Positions 23,338 to 33,314 of a DNA stretch of 38,005 nt are shown here, piece after piece. The notes under the pieces were generated by a model. The model had not been told where the DNA came from. It saw nothing but the letters and a program-made list of their open reading frames with translations, and ran no database searches. Within the stretch, counting starts at the first letter, position 1, and the number at the start of each line of letters is the position of its first letter. A program made the translations under genes and the position numbers. Origin of the DNA: Thraustochytrium aureum (lineage: Eukaryota); assembly GCA_012862495.1 (NCBI GenBank), contig BLSG01000122.1, positions 53,729-91,733 of the forward strand. Reading direction: 5' to 3'.

Positions 23338-24642
23338 TCACTTGCCGTGAAAAGTCACCGCAGAGGTCATGAAGGTCACAGCGTTAATCCAGGCCAAGAC
23401 GTCGTGCGTGATCCGGAAAAGCGGGAGGTACAGCTGCTGCTTGTCCGCGCCAAACTCGACGCGCTTGGTCTGTGGGACCGGAATAAACTGCTCGTAAGCC
23501 TCGTGGAAGGAAAACACATAGACGACAGCAAAGAGCGACCCAGCCGCAGCACCGGCAAATTCGAGCCACATAGAGAACGGCACGCGGCCGTTGGACGACA
23601 CGGCAACCAAAATTCGGGAAGCGGCCCTCCACACAGCACAGAGCGCGAGCCCGAAAAGCACGTACTCTGGCGTGCTCAACGCCTTGTCTTGAGGCGCCTC
23701 GATCGAGTGCTTGTACACGACCCCAGCGACAACGACAAAGCCGATCACGCTCAGGCCCCTGGCCGCAGAAGGGTTGTACTCGTCATCGCCCTCGTCAGCA
23801 GGCTTGGTGCTGGCGAACAGCGCCAAAAGCGACATACCCTGCCACACGAGAATGGCGGCAAAGCTCGCGTCCGCGTTTTTCGTCAGCGAGACCTCCATCA
23901 GCGACGTGCACAGTTTTGTCATCGCGATCCACACCAGAGTAGCTGCCGCGCGGTTCGTAAAGTCACTGAGGGGAGCGTTGCGCAGCACGGCGTAGACGCA
24001 CAAAAGCGCGGGGAGCGGGTCGTTCACCGTCGCTGCGACGTTCAGCCAGTAAATCTGCTCCTTCTGCGCGGCGTCGGATCCAGCCGCGACTTGAAGCTTG
24101 ATGGCCTGGATCACGATGGTGCCCATCGCAGACAAGAAGAAAAGGACAATCCAGGTCCACATGAAGCCAGTCGAGGCAGGCTCGCCTTCGGGCTCGAGAG
24201 CCTCCTCCTCAGCGGCAGCTTCTTGCGCGTCATCAGACGCTTGGGACGCCTCCGGGGCCTTCTCGTCCTCGCCTTGCGGCTCGCTCTCGTCCACCTGCGA
24301 GTCGCTCTCGCCGCTGTTGCTGGGTTCGGACTTGGACTTGGCCGAGGCGGCCTTGGAGACGCGGCGCTCGGGCGTTTTCGAGCGGCTCCTTTTCGCTTTC
24401 TCGACGTTGTCGTCCGACTCGTTCTTGCGGGACTTGCTCGTCCGGCTGCTGTCAAACTCGTCGAGCTGCGATGTGTACCCGTCGGCTTCGAGGTCTTCGC
24501 GCGGGTGCCACGTGTTGGCGTCCGAGTCGTACCCGAGCCACTTGATGTGGTACCTGTACTGGCCCTTCCGCCCCTTGCGGTCCAGAATCGCCTCGATCTC
24601 GTACTGCTCCTCCATCACCACCTTCTCAGCGGCGCCGGCCAT
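23338..24642 (-). CDS. Chromodomain + charged/RS-like linker + multipass (~7 TM) membrane domain, possibly a degenerate YhhN/TMEM86-like fold
   Basis: QYEIEAILDRK...YRYHIKWLGYDSDANTWHPREDL is a chromodomain with the Y/W/Y cage. It is followed by KRSRSKTPERR, an acidic stretch and ~250 aa of hydrophobic helices. Single uninterrupted ORF. Confidence 0.9.
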   Translation of the reverse strand: MAGAAEKVVMEEQYEIEAILDRKGRKGQYRYHIKWLGYDSDANTWHPREDLEADGYTSQLDEFDSSRTSKSRKNESDDNVEKAKRSRSKTPERRVSKAASAKSKSEPSNSGESDSQVDESEPQGEDEKAPEASQASDDAQEAAAEEEALEPEGEPASTGFMWTWIVLFFLSAMGTIVIQAIKLQVAAGSDAAQKEQIYWLNVAATVNDPLPALLCVYAVLRNAPLSDFTNRAAATLVWIAMTKLCTSLMEVSLTKNADASFAAILVWQGMSLLALFASTKPADEGDDEYNPSAARGLSVIGFVVVAGVVYKHSIEAPQDKALSTPEYVLFGLALCAVWRAASRILVAVSSNGRVPFSMWLEFAGAAAGSLFAVVYVFSFHEAYEQFIPVPQTKRVEFGADKQQLYLPLFRITHDVLAWINAVTFMTSAVTFHGK

Positions 24643-26170
24643 CTTGGCGCTCCGCGGCTCCTTCGCTCCGTGCGTCGCTTCCCGGTGCGCGAGCAGCGAT
24701 TACCTGGGCCAACCAACGTTGATTTGGGAGCGCTGCTGTCCCGCTGGCCTCAGTGCCTCCGTCCGCCCGTCCGCTCGCGAGCCTGGGCGCCCTCCACGCC
24801 GACCGGACGCGCGCTCTCTCGCCGTGACGCCGATGCCGCGCTGCGCTGCTNNNNNNNNNNNNNNNNNNNNNNNNNNNNNNNNNNNNNNNNNNNNNNNNNN
24901 NNNNNNNNNNNNNNNNNNNNNNNNNNNNNNNNNNNNNNNNNNNNNNNNNNNNNNNNNNNNNNNNNNNNNNNNNNNNNNNNNNNNNNNNNNNNNNNNNNNN
25001 NNNNNNNNNNNNNNNNNNNNNNNNNNNNNNNNNNNNNNNNNNNNNNNNNNNNNNNNNNNNNNNNNNNNNNNNNNNNNNNNNNNNNNNNNNNNNNNNNNNN
25101 NNNNNNNNNNNNNNNNNNNNNNNNNNNNNNNNNNNNNNNNNNNNNNNNNNNNNNNNNNNNNNNNNNNNNNNNNNNNNNNNNNNNNNNNNNNNNNNNNNNN
25201 NNNNNNNNNNNNNNNNNNNNNNNNNNNNNNNNNNNNNNNNNNNNNNNNNNNNNNNNNNNNNNNNNNNNNNNNNNNNNNNNNNNNNNNNNNNNNNNNNNNN
25301 NNNNNNNNNNNNNNNNNNNNNNNNNNNNNNNNNNNNNNNNNNNNNNNNNNNNNNNNNNNNNNNNNNNNNNNNNNNNNNNNNNNNNNNNNNNNNNNNNNNN
25401 NNNNNNNNNNNNNNNNNNNNNNNNNNNNNNNNNNNNNNNNNNNNNNNNNNNNNNNNNNNNNNNNNNNNNNNNNNNNNNNNNNNNNNNNNNNNNNNNNNNN
25501 NNNNNNNNNNNNNNNNNNNNNNNNNNNNNNNNNNNNNNNNNNNNNNNNNNNNNNNNNNNNNNNNNNNNNNNNNNNNNNNNNNNNNNNNNNNNNNNNNNNN
25601 NNNNNNNNNNNNNNNNNNNNNNNNNNNNNCGCACGATGCACCGCAGCGTCCGCACTATTGCCGCCGCTTCGATGCAGGTCCGACGGCTCGCTCCCGTCCT
25701 GTTGCTGAGCAGGTCCAGGTCCGACCGCCGCTCGACAGCACCGAGAGTCAAGCTCAAGAGACCAGGCCAGGCCAGCCAATACGTTATCGACGCCGTCCAC
25801 GGGCGCCTCGCCCTTCTTTCTCCCCGCGCCTGCTGCAGCTCTGCGCCTGCGCGAGCGTGAAGTGTGGTCGTCACGACATCGATGGCCGTCCGACCCGCGC
25901 CTTGTGGAATTGAACGGATTTGTTCGTGCTGCTCGATACGAAGATCCGTTCTGGGCGAGCGCTAGAGTGCGACTGGGTGTGTGGGTATCAATGCGGAGCT
26001 CGACGCGAGACGCGCACGTGGCAGGCAGACACCGCAACGCCAACGCCCCGGTGCACGCGCTCGATCGAAGTTGTGCTCGCCGATTTTGTGGCTGCGCTAC
26101 GCGCGCGTTGGGCCAAACTTGCAGTGCCTTGCCACGCGCACAGCACACCTCGGCAGCGTCGTTCATTGAC

Positions 26171-28007
26171 ATGGATGAGCGCGTGGAAGCGCAAGATGCG
26201 CAAAAGGCGCTCTCGTGGCACAACGAGAGGCGCCACTTTGAACCGCGGTACTCTGGTGTTTCTGCGCACAAGCCCCACGTGAAGTTTGGGATCAAGCCGC
26301 CGGTCGCCGACGAGAGGCCGCGCGGCTTGCGGCAGCTCGAGGTGCCGAAAGGGGCCACTGCCAAGCGCCCAGAGGCCAGGCACTTTGCCGACCAGTCGCG
26401 CGCTCGCAGCAAGGAGATCGACGAGATGCGCATTTCAAAGCTAATCGTCCAGGACGCCAACGGCGTGCCGTGCCGCGCGCGCGAAGCAAAGGCGTACGAT
26501 CTAGAGCGCGCAATGGGGCGAAAGGTGCAGCTTCACGGAACACTCCAGCGTCGCAACGGGATAGATTACAAGCGGCCTGGTGACAAGCTGTACTCGGCGG
26601 CCGAATACAGCACAGGGTACTACAATGTAAGTTGGTCGAACAATGTCCAAGACTAATACTCCGTCCAGCAAACGGATTGCAGATCGCTGACTGCGCTTGG
26701 TTTCCGCTGACTCGGTCGCGCACAGAACGCCACGTGGGGCGGCGGGGTCGTACCAGGCAGCAACTTTGGCTTTGCAAGAGCGACGCAAACGACCCGAGAG
26801 AGCCAAAAGACGTTCGGCAAGAGCCTTGCAGAGCTTTGGACGCGTTGTCCGGAGGTGCCCCTGGTTGTCGAGATGTGCCTCGAACGCCTCGAGAGCCCCG
26901 AAGTCCTCGCAGACCCGCGCGTCTTTCACAAAGCCATGCTAGAGTACTATGACGAAGAACCGGTGGGAGAAACGGAGCAACGGGTCGCCCGGGGCACGGC
27001 CGGACGGCAGTCGTCCGCCGTCTAAGGAAGGTGCGCGCAGCGTCAAGAGCACAGGTCGCTGCAGCAACCAAAACGCGCCGGGCCATCTCAGCGCTTCCGT
27101 GACCAAGGCAGCTGAACTCCAGGCAGAAACCGACGAGGCGAATGCCCTCTTGGAACGCCGCCGCCAAATTCGCATCTTGCGAGCCAAGTTTGACGTGGGC
27201 CAAGTCAAGGGGGTCGACATGGCCGAGTTTGATCCGCGCGTGCCGATGGGTCTCCTCATCCGGTTCCTTCGCGATCTCACGCCCCCGCTGCTCACATACA
27301 CGCTCTATGACAAGCTCATGCAGTCCCAGCTAGAGCCAACGCCAGCTGCGCGTGTCGAGGCGCTCGCGCCGGCCCTTGCCATGCTGCCGACCCCCAACGA
27401 AGCTGTCCTTTTCGCCCTGTTCCGGCTGCTCAACACGCTCGTCAACGCGCCGACGGACACCGCTCCCGTGCAAACGCTGACTCTAGTGAGGCTGTTCACG
27501 CCGGTTATTCTGCGCGACGACCCGCGAAGGCCCACGCGCGCGTTTCTGCAAGACGAGAGCGTTCAGCGCGCTCTCGCCGAGGGAGTCGTCACGTGCATGC
27601 TTGAAAACGCTGCAGCATTGTTTCCCGTAAGTCTCGCGCGCGCTCGCATGCTCCTGCTGCGAGAGAAGTTGTTCGCTAACGGCAGGCGACCTCAATAGGC
27701 CTCTGCCCTGCGTCCGCGACGCCGACGCGCGCACATCCCCTTCAATCTTCGGCGCACGCTCAGCCTCGCAGTCGAAGACTATGATGGGGTCTGCTCGCTC
27801 AGCGCTTGGGCCCGCGGCTCTGGTGCCGAGGTAGACTCTGCAAAATCAAGCTCCAGCTCAGGCTCGCTTGCTGACGAGGACGCAGAAGGTGCTGACGGAC
27901 GGTCAGGCAGCATCGATGACATTGACTCGGAAGAGCTGGACCAGCTTGTTCGAGCGTATCGCAACCTGGCGCCAATCGAGCCGGGAAGCGGGTCTTCGCA
28001 GTCGTAG
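26171..28007 (+). CDS. SPATS1-like motif + RhoGAP-domain protein; exons 26171-26626, 26726-27626 (with +1 frameshift at ~26965-26972) and 27699-28007
   Basis: Spliced product reads RRNGIDYKRPGDKLYSAAEYSTGYYN|NATWGGGVVPGSNFG...TFGKSL...VPLVVEMCLERLE...DPRVPMGLLIRFLRDLTPPLLT...MLPTPNEAVLFALFRLL...LVRLFTPVILR (RhoGAP), then an acidic exon ending at TAG 28005-28007. Confidence 0.8.
26627..26725 (+). other. Spliceosomal intron 1 (99 nt, phase 0)
   Basis: GTAAGT donor, GCTGAC branch point at ~26706 and CAG acceptor; removal deletes in-frame stops and joins the SPATS1-like motif. Confidence 0.78.
27627..27698 (+). other. Spliceosomal intron 2 (72 nt, phase 0)
   Basis: GTAAGT donor, GCTAAC branch point at 27675-27680 and TAG acceptor; the downstream frame is open and coding-like to 28007. 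Confidence 0.78.
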
Positions 28008-28140
28008 ATTCAGACCAATCGCCTTGGAGAGGAGCGCAGCGAGGCCGACTCTGGACCGCTGCCGCGCGCGCGTTTGCGATGCTGTCGTCGGAACCAATTG
28101 CCTTTTTTGGAAAAGAAAGCCAACGGCGTCAAGAACAACA

Positions 28141-28179
28141 CCGCCAACGCTGCCACCAACGCTGCCACCGACGCTGCCA
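28141..28179. repeat. Imperfect 12-bp tandem repeat (ccaccaacgctg) x3
   Basis: Directly visible in the convergent 3' spacer. Confidence 0.75.
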
Positions 28180-28283
28180 TTTTAAAAACAAAAACCGAGG
28201 CCTTTCGACTTTTGTGTGTGTGGGCAACGATCTCCAGGGAACTCGAACTTTATCTCTTCACTTGACCGGGCAAAAGACCCTGC

Positions 28284-28339
28284 CGCCACGCCGGTCCGAT
28301 TGTTGGAGCTCGCCACGCCGGTCCGATTGTTGGAGCTCG
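28284..28339. repeat. Perfect 27-bp tandem duplication (cgccacgccggtccgattgttggagct) x2
   Basis: Directly visible immediately downstream of the PRP4 kinase stop codon. Confidence 0.92.
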
Positions 28340-28342
28340 GCC

Positions 28343-30187
28343 CTAAGCAGGCTGTGGCTCTGATGCTGCACCCGATTGGGCTGAGAAAAAATCGCTTTCG
28401 AGCGCAGCTTGCGGCGAAATGCGCCGCAAAGGGTCCACCACCAGCGCTTGGTCGATGAGGCGCGCAAGGTGCGGCAGGAGGTGCCGGTCCTGCGCCGAGC
28501 TCGACTTGCTAGACTCGAGCAGGTGCAAAACTGTGAACTGCGGAGCCGGATGCGGAGCAACGTGGCGCAGCGCGATGCGCAGGCTGGCCGGGTGCGGCGA
28601 CGCGCTCTGCACTCCACGTGCAGCCGTCGCGTCACGAACAACTCGGCTTGCAGCAGGACCGCCCCCGTCGCTACCCGCTTGGCGGCCCGACGCCAACGCA
28701 GAGGCCGCCGCGGGCTCGATTGGAGGACGAGCCAACGCCGGGTGCGCAGCAACTACATGTGGCGCGCAGACCTCTCTGAAAGCAAGCGAGTCCGGGTCAA
28801 AGTGGGGCTCGCGCCTCACAGACGCCGCGATGTGACGCTTGATGATGCGGTTCGGGATCCGGCCTTTGGTCCGCATGATCAGCCTGAGCAGGTCATTATT
28901 GGATCGCCCAGGGAACATGACGTTGCCAGCGTACAGCTCAAACATGCACGTCGCGAGCGCCCAAACGTCGATTGGCTTGCCGACAAACTCCCGGGGAAGC
29001 CCCAAAATAACCTCCGGGGCGCGGTAAAATCGGGAGACCAGGTAGCTTGTGTCCTCGGCTCGCGGGTCGCCCTCGTAGAAGGCACAGCCAAAGTCGCACA
29101 GCTTTGCGTGCTGGAGGTCGTTCGAAACGAGAATGTTGTCGAGCTTGACGTCCGCGTGGACGATGCCCATACTCTCCAGACAAAGCAGGGCACGAAACAT
29201 GTGGCGGCTGTAGCGGCGCACACCCTCGATGTTGATGCCGATGTTCCGGCCAAAGCGGTACAGGACCTGCCGAAGGTTCATTTTCATCGCCTCGAACACG
29301 AGACACAAGTGCTTGCGGTGGTAGAAGCTCTCGATGTAGGCCACGATGTACTTGCGCGCCGGCGCGCCGGCCTTGCTCCGAATATCTTGCAGGAGGCTCT
29401 CCTCTTTGCTCCCGGCGCGGCGCATCGTCTCGTTCCGGCGGAGCACTTTGATGGCGACGTTTTCTGGCTCGCCTTCGCCTCCGAGACGCACGGCGAACGC
29501 CACGTTGCTGAACACGCCGCGACCGCGTTGCCCAAGCACCCTGTACTTTGACTCGATCACCTCGCCGGCCTGAAATATGTAATACCCATTCGCGTCGGCC
29601 CAGTCGCTGTCGTCGATACCACGAGTGCGGGGCAGCGCAGTCTCGCTCGCAGCGCGGCGGCGCAGCCCTTCCGGTGGCGCAAGCTCCGAGCGCGACGTGC
29701 AAGCCCCCACGTCACCTCCAGAGACATGCAATGCACCTTTGCGCTTGGCTGAGTCCTCGGCCTCGTTGTGGTCGCTCGTGTTTCTGCGACGCGGCGCGTC
29801 GCCCTCCGTGCTCGACCCGTCTGCCAAAGCCACAGAAAACATGTCGTCCGAGGCCAGGCTATGGACTCGCGATCGCTTGAAGGTGCGCGGAGAAGAGGGG
29901 GATACCGGTGGGCTCGACGAGGCCTGCCTCGTCGCCAGTTCGATGTTGGCAGCGCGCTCTTGTTCTACGCAGTTTGGCGGCGGCGTTGTCGAGCGCGGCT
30001 CGTCTTCTGCCGCGGATTTTTGCGCGGTTCCCTGCTCAGGCTCGTTGGCTGTTGCAGCGATCAGTGCCAGAGGCTCCCGGGCGCCCGCGGCGCTTGCATA
30101 CTTTTTCTTCAGGGCCTCGATGCGCTGCAGTCGCGCGGCACGCCTCTCGCGCTCCTCCTCGTCGTCGTCGACTGCGTGGCGTTCCAT
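28343..30187 (-). CDS. PRPF4B: Pre-mRNA splicing Ser/Thr kinase PRP4 (CMGC/DYRK family)
   Basis: DWADANGYY...GEVI, GRGVFSNV, VAIK, HLCLVFE..MNLRQVL..FGRNIGINI, HADVKLDNILV, KLCDFG, TSYLVSRFYRAPEVILG and FPGRSNNDLL. Confidence 0.95.
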   Translation of the reverse strand: MERHAVDDDEEERERRAARLQRIEALKKKYASAAGAREPLALIAATANEPEQGTAQKSAAEDEPRSTTPPPNCVEQERAANIELATRQASSSPPVSPSSPRTFKRSRVHSLASDDMFSVALADGSSTEGDAPRRRNTSDHNEAEDSAKRKGALHVSGGDVGACTSRSELAPPEGLRRRAASETALPRTRGIDDSDWADANGYYIFQAGEVIESKYRVLGQRGRGVFSNVAFAVRLGGEGEPENVAIKVLRRNETMRRAGSKEESLLQDIRSKAGAPARKYIVAYIESFYHRKHLCLVFEAMKMNLRQVLYRFGRNIGINIEGVRRYSRHMFRALLCLESMGIVHADVKLDNILVSNDLQHAKLCDFGCAFYEGDPRAEDTSYLVSRFYRAPEVILGLPREFVGKPIDVWALATCMFELYAGNVMFPGRSNNDLLRLIMRTKGRIPNRIIKRHIAASVRREPHFDPDSLAFREVCAPHVVAAHPALARPPIEPAAASALASGRQAGSDGGGPAASRVVRDATAARGVQSASPHPASLRIALRHVAPHPAPQFTVLHLLESSKSSSAQDRHLLPHLARLIDQALVVDPLRRISPQAALESDFFSAQSGAASEPQPA

Positions 30188-30871
30188 CTGAGGGCCGGCC
30201 AGCCAGACCCGCTGGCACGGCCAGGCTCTACGGGACGCTCTTCCGACGCCACAGTGACCTCAGCTCATCCACGGCAAGCCCGGCGCCTGGCGCGCGTGCG
30301 GCGCGTTGACGCGTCGACCCTGGTCTGCGTTCTCCTGCCCAGCTCGCTTTGCACGTTGAAACAGCCGCGATGAGGCCAAGCTCGCGGACCTCCCCGTGCG
30401 CAAGCAGCGAGCGCCCCAGGCCCTCTCTCCAGCACCAGCAAGCTGCCGCACGCCGGTCCTTCGAGGCCGGGTTGTGAAGCAGGCCAGCGAGGTGCGTGGG
30501 ACCCGGCCGGCCGTTCGTTCAGGCGCCAGCCGCGAGCCTTGCTGGGCGCGAAAGGGACCGCAGGGGTCGCGCTTGGAGCCGCACGGCGAGCGAGCAATCT
30601 CTGGCGGGCTGGAAGCCTCCCTGCGCGCGAGCGATGGCGGACTACGCAGCTGCTATCTCGCGAGCGACAGTCATGAATGCGATTCCCGCAGTCCACCATG
30701 ACCCACCACATTGCAGCAGAATCGGATATCGTGCACCGCGTTCCGACCAACGTCGCACAGAGAGTGTGCACGTGTTCTCACCAAGAGGCAGAACTGCGCC
30801 ACGAGGGAGGGAGGATGGACGACGGGACGGGACGGGCTGCCTCGGCGTCGCGGGGGCGGTTGCGGGGCCGT

Positions 30872-30930
30872 GAGACCACGCGGAGACCACGCGGAGACCA
30901 CGCGCGAGCCACACGCGAGCCAAACGCGAC
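30872..30930. repeat. 11-bp tandem repeats (gagaccacgcg) x3 followed by (cgcgagcca(c/a)a) x2
   Basis: Directly visible near a gap edge. Confidence 0.75.
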
Positions 30931-31726
30931 CGACCGAGCTCGCACGCCGAAATGGGGCCGGCTTCGCGGGCGCCATNNNNNNNNNNNNNNNNNNNNNNNN
31001 NNNNNNNNNNNNNNNNNNNNNNNNNNNNNNNNNNNNNNNNNNNNNNNNNNNNNNNNNNNNNNNNNNNNNNNNNNNNNNNNNNNNNNNNNNNNNNNNNNNN
31101 NNNNNNNNNNNNNNNNNNNNNNNNNNNNNNNNNNNNNNNNNNNNNNNNNNNNNNNNNNNNNGCGACAGCGCGCCGCATCCGCGCAAGGATTTCCGCGGCA
31201 CCAGGCCCTCGGGTCTGGCTCCGCCGCGGGCGACGCGGGCATCCATCCATCCATCCGCCCCATCCGCGCAGTCCCTGGCGCGCTGGACGATTTGGAGCGA
31301 GGGTGCCTCAGCCATGGTTGGCCCGCGACAGCGCGCTTCGCATGCGCCAATCTGTGGGATGGCCGCGACCCTGCGCCCGCGCGCCGGCCTCCGCAGCGCC
31401 TCGCAGGGCGTCGCTGCAGGATTGCTGAAGTGTAATGCGGGTTAGGTTGGCTGCCAGCAACAGCGGGGCAGGGCAGGGTGGCGAGCAACGGCCGCGGATG
31501 CGCAGGAGCAAGCCCCAGCGCTTCGAACTATCCGTCTCGCGACGAGCAGCAGACGGCGATCGAGCGCGGGGCAGGAGCGGCGAGGGGCTCGACGGGCTGC
31601 ACGGCTTGAACGGCTTTGGCGGCGGCGGCGGCAGCGGCGGCAGCGGCGGCTATTGGCGACTCCGGCGGGGCAGGAGACGCGAGTCGCTGCGGGCTGGGAA
31701 AGGCCTGCTGGCAGCGCGGACGCAAG

Positions 31727-32245
31727 ATGCTGCCGCTGTCGTTGCTGCGCGCCGCGGAGAACGAGTCCATTCTTGTGGAGCTGAAGAATGGCGACACGTT
31801 TCACGGGACGCTGGTGAACTGCGACAACTTTATGAACGTCAACATGCGTGACATCACGCTCACCTCGAGCGACGGCGAGCGGTTCTGGAAGATTGACGAG
31901 TGCTACCTGCGGGGCAGCCAGATCAAGTACCTTCGCGTCGACGAAAAGGCCATGGACAAGGTGGAGGATATTGACTCGCAGTATCGGAGACGAGGGACGG
32001 GCCAGCGCGGCCGAGGCAGCACGCGCGGGACCAGCCGCGGCCAAAGCTCGGGCTCCTATCGCGGGTCCAGCCGCGGCGGCGGCCGTGGTGGAAGCAACAA
32101 CTCTCGTGGAGGCAGCCGCGGCGCTCCCCGAGGTGGCGGCCGCGGTGGCGGTCGCGGTGGTGGAAACGGGCCTCGCGGTGGCGGCAACAACGCTCGCGGC
32201 GGCGGCTCACGCGGTCGCGGCGGCAACTCGGCGCAGGCCGAGTAG
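31727..32245 (+). CDS. LSM4: U6 snRNA-associated Sm-like protein LSm4 with RGG tail
   Basis: MLPLSLLRAA...LVELKNGDTFHGTLVNCDNFMNVN...TSSDGERFWKIDECYLRGSQIKYLR and a C-terminal RGG repeat; ATG at 31727. Confidence 0.97.
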   Translation: MLPLSLLRAAENESILVELKNGDTFHGTLVNCDNFMNVNMRDITLTSSDGERFWKIDECYLRGSQIKYLRVDEKAMDKVEDIDSQYRRRGTGQRGRGSTRGTSRGQSSGSYRGSSRGGGRGGSNNSRGGSRGAPRGGGRGGGRGGGNGPRGGGNNARGGGSRGRGGNSAQAE

Positions 32246-32260
32246 GCGACTTGGTAGGTT

Positions 32261-33127
32261 TTATTTCACACAGAAATCCCAGGGGTTTGCGTGGCCGTCG
32301 CCGGCCGGGCGGCCCAGCTGTGCTTTGTTTACAAGAAAACACTTTTCGCCATTGTGCGGCCATTCTCTTGATCGATCCACCGCACGACAGCTTGACCTGC
32401 GCGCTCTTCTCGGAAACAGCTCGCGCGGCCGCCCCGGCGCTGCTGGCTGCACTTCAAGAACGCACTGAGTGACTCGGCTCCTCCGCCTGCTGCAGGCTCG
32501 CTCGACAAAGCGCTCCCGCAGCAGAACTGTGGGCTTGCCGAGCTGGCGAGCCGCCGGATCCAGACCCACGTCAATACTAACTGCCGGCTGCAATGGCGCG
32601 GCGCGGTGCGGGCCCAGGATGCCGCGTATCCACGCCGTTGCGCCCGCAGCTGTCGCTGCTGCCAGTGCCTCGATATTGGATGCACCACCGGAATTGAGGG
32701 CGCGCTCCACGCTGCCCTCAGCGCGCTCCAGCCTAGCCTCGACGACGTCAAGCTCCCCGTCCACCTTGTCGACGACCCCTTCGAGCGCCTCTACGAGGCG
32801 GTAAACCCTCTCCAGCTCCCCAGCCACCAAGCCGAGCCGTCCGAGCGCCTCGTCCACGCGTTCAACTTCAGTCGCGACCCTGGCCGCCGCCCGCCCCTCG
32901 TCCCGCACATCTCTGAGCGCATCGCGAACCTCGCGGGCTCTCCGCGTCTGCTCGCCGCTCGCCGCCTGCGCGACCGCGCTGCACTGGCTGCTAGCCTCAA
33001 GCACAAGCTGGTCGAGACCTTCGGCAACGCGTCCATCGTGCTGGTCTCCGTCCCGCCCGAACCCCGGCGCCTCCGCGGCCTCGCGTTGAACACGCGTGGA
33101 GCCCGCGCCGCTCGCATCCGCCGCCAT
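32261..33127 (-). CDS. BLOC1S4: Coiled-coil protein similar to BLOC-1 subunit 4 (cappuccino); 3' end uncertain
   Basis: LERVYRLVEALEGVVDKVDGELDVVEARLERAE resembles the cappuccino L..(I/L)(F/Y)..ID.LE.FV..V......E..V..AE core; ATG at 33127. The last ~70 codons look non-coding. Confidence 0.55.
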   Translation of the reverse strand: MAADASGAGSTRVQREAAEAPGFGRDGDQHDGRVAEGLDQLVLEASSQCSAVAQAASGEQTRRAREVRDALRDVRDEGRAAARVATEVERVDEALGRLGLVAGELERVYRLVEALEGVVDKVDGELDVVEARLERAEGSVERALNSGGASNIEALAAATAAGATAWIRGILGPHRAAPLQPAVSIDVGLDPAARQLGKPTVLLRERFVERACSRRRSRVTQCVLEVQPAAPGRPRELFPRRARRSSCRAVDRSREWPHNGEKCFLVNKAQLGRPAGDGHANPWDFCVK

Positions 33128-33314
33128 TCGCAGCGTCCCTCCGCCCGCGCCGCCGCGCGATGGGGCTCTGCGCGAGGCCGGCGTCACGTCCAGCTCGACA
33201 TTCCGGCGCGAACGAGAACATTTTGCGCGCTGCCCGCCAGATCCTCAACGGGCGCTCGGCGCGCGGGTCGAGCAGGAGCGCCAGTGGCGCAGCAGAGCGC
33301 GTGAGTGGAACGGT
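33128..33314. promoter_or_regulatory. Probable short bidirectional promoter between the divergent BLOC1S4-like and TPR genes
   Basis: Only 187 bp between head-to-head start codons; no specific element recognised. Confidence 0.4.

Noticed and set aside
24460..24615. Chromovirus LTR retrotransposon integrase chromodomain
   Set aside because: Chromodomain is N-terminal, and no integrase, RT, gag or LTR sequence is visible nearby
26627..27627. Two intron donors exactly 1000 bp apart
   Set aside because: No sequence duplication between them; coincidence
28284..28339. CRISPR-like direct repeats
   Set aside because: Two adjacent copies with no spacer, eukaryotic context, no cas genes
30671..30976. 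Minus-strand ORF starting at the ATG on the gap edge (MAPAKPAPF...)
   Set aside because: Runs through tandem repeats, has no motifs and does not look coding
28343..32245. Functional splicing gene cluster (PRP4 kinase next to LSM4)
   Set aside because: Only two genes, separated by 1.5 kb including a gap; adjacency cannot be distinguished from chance without synteny data
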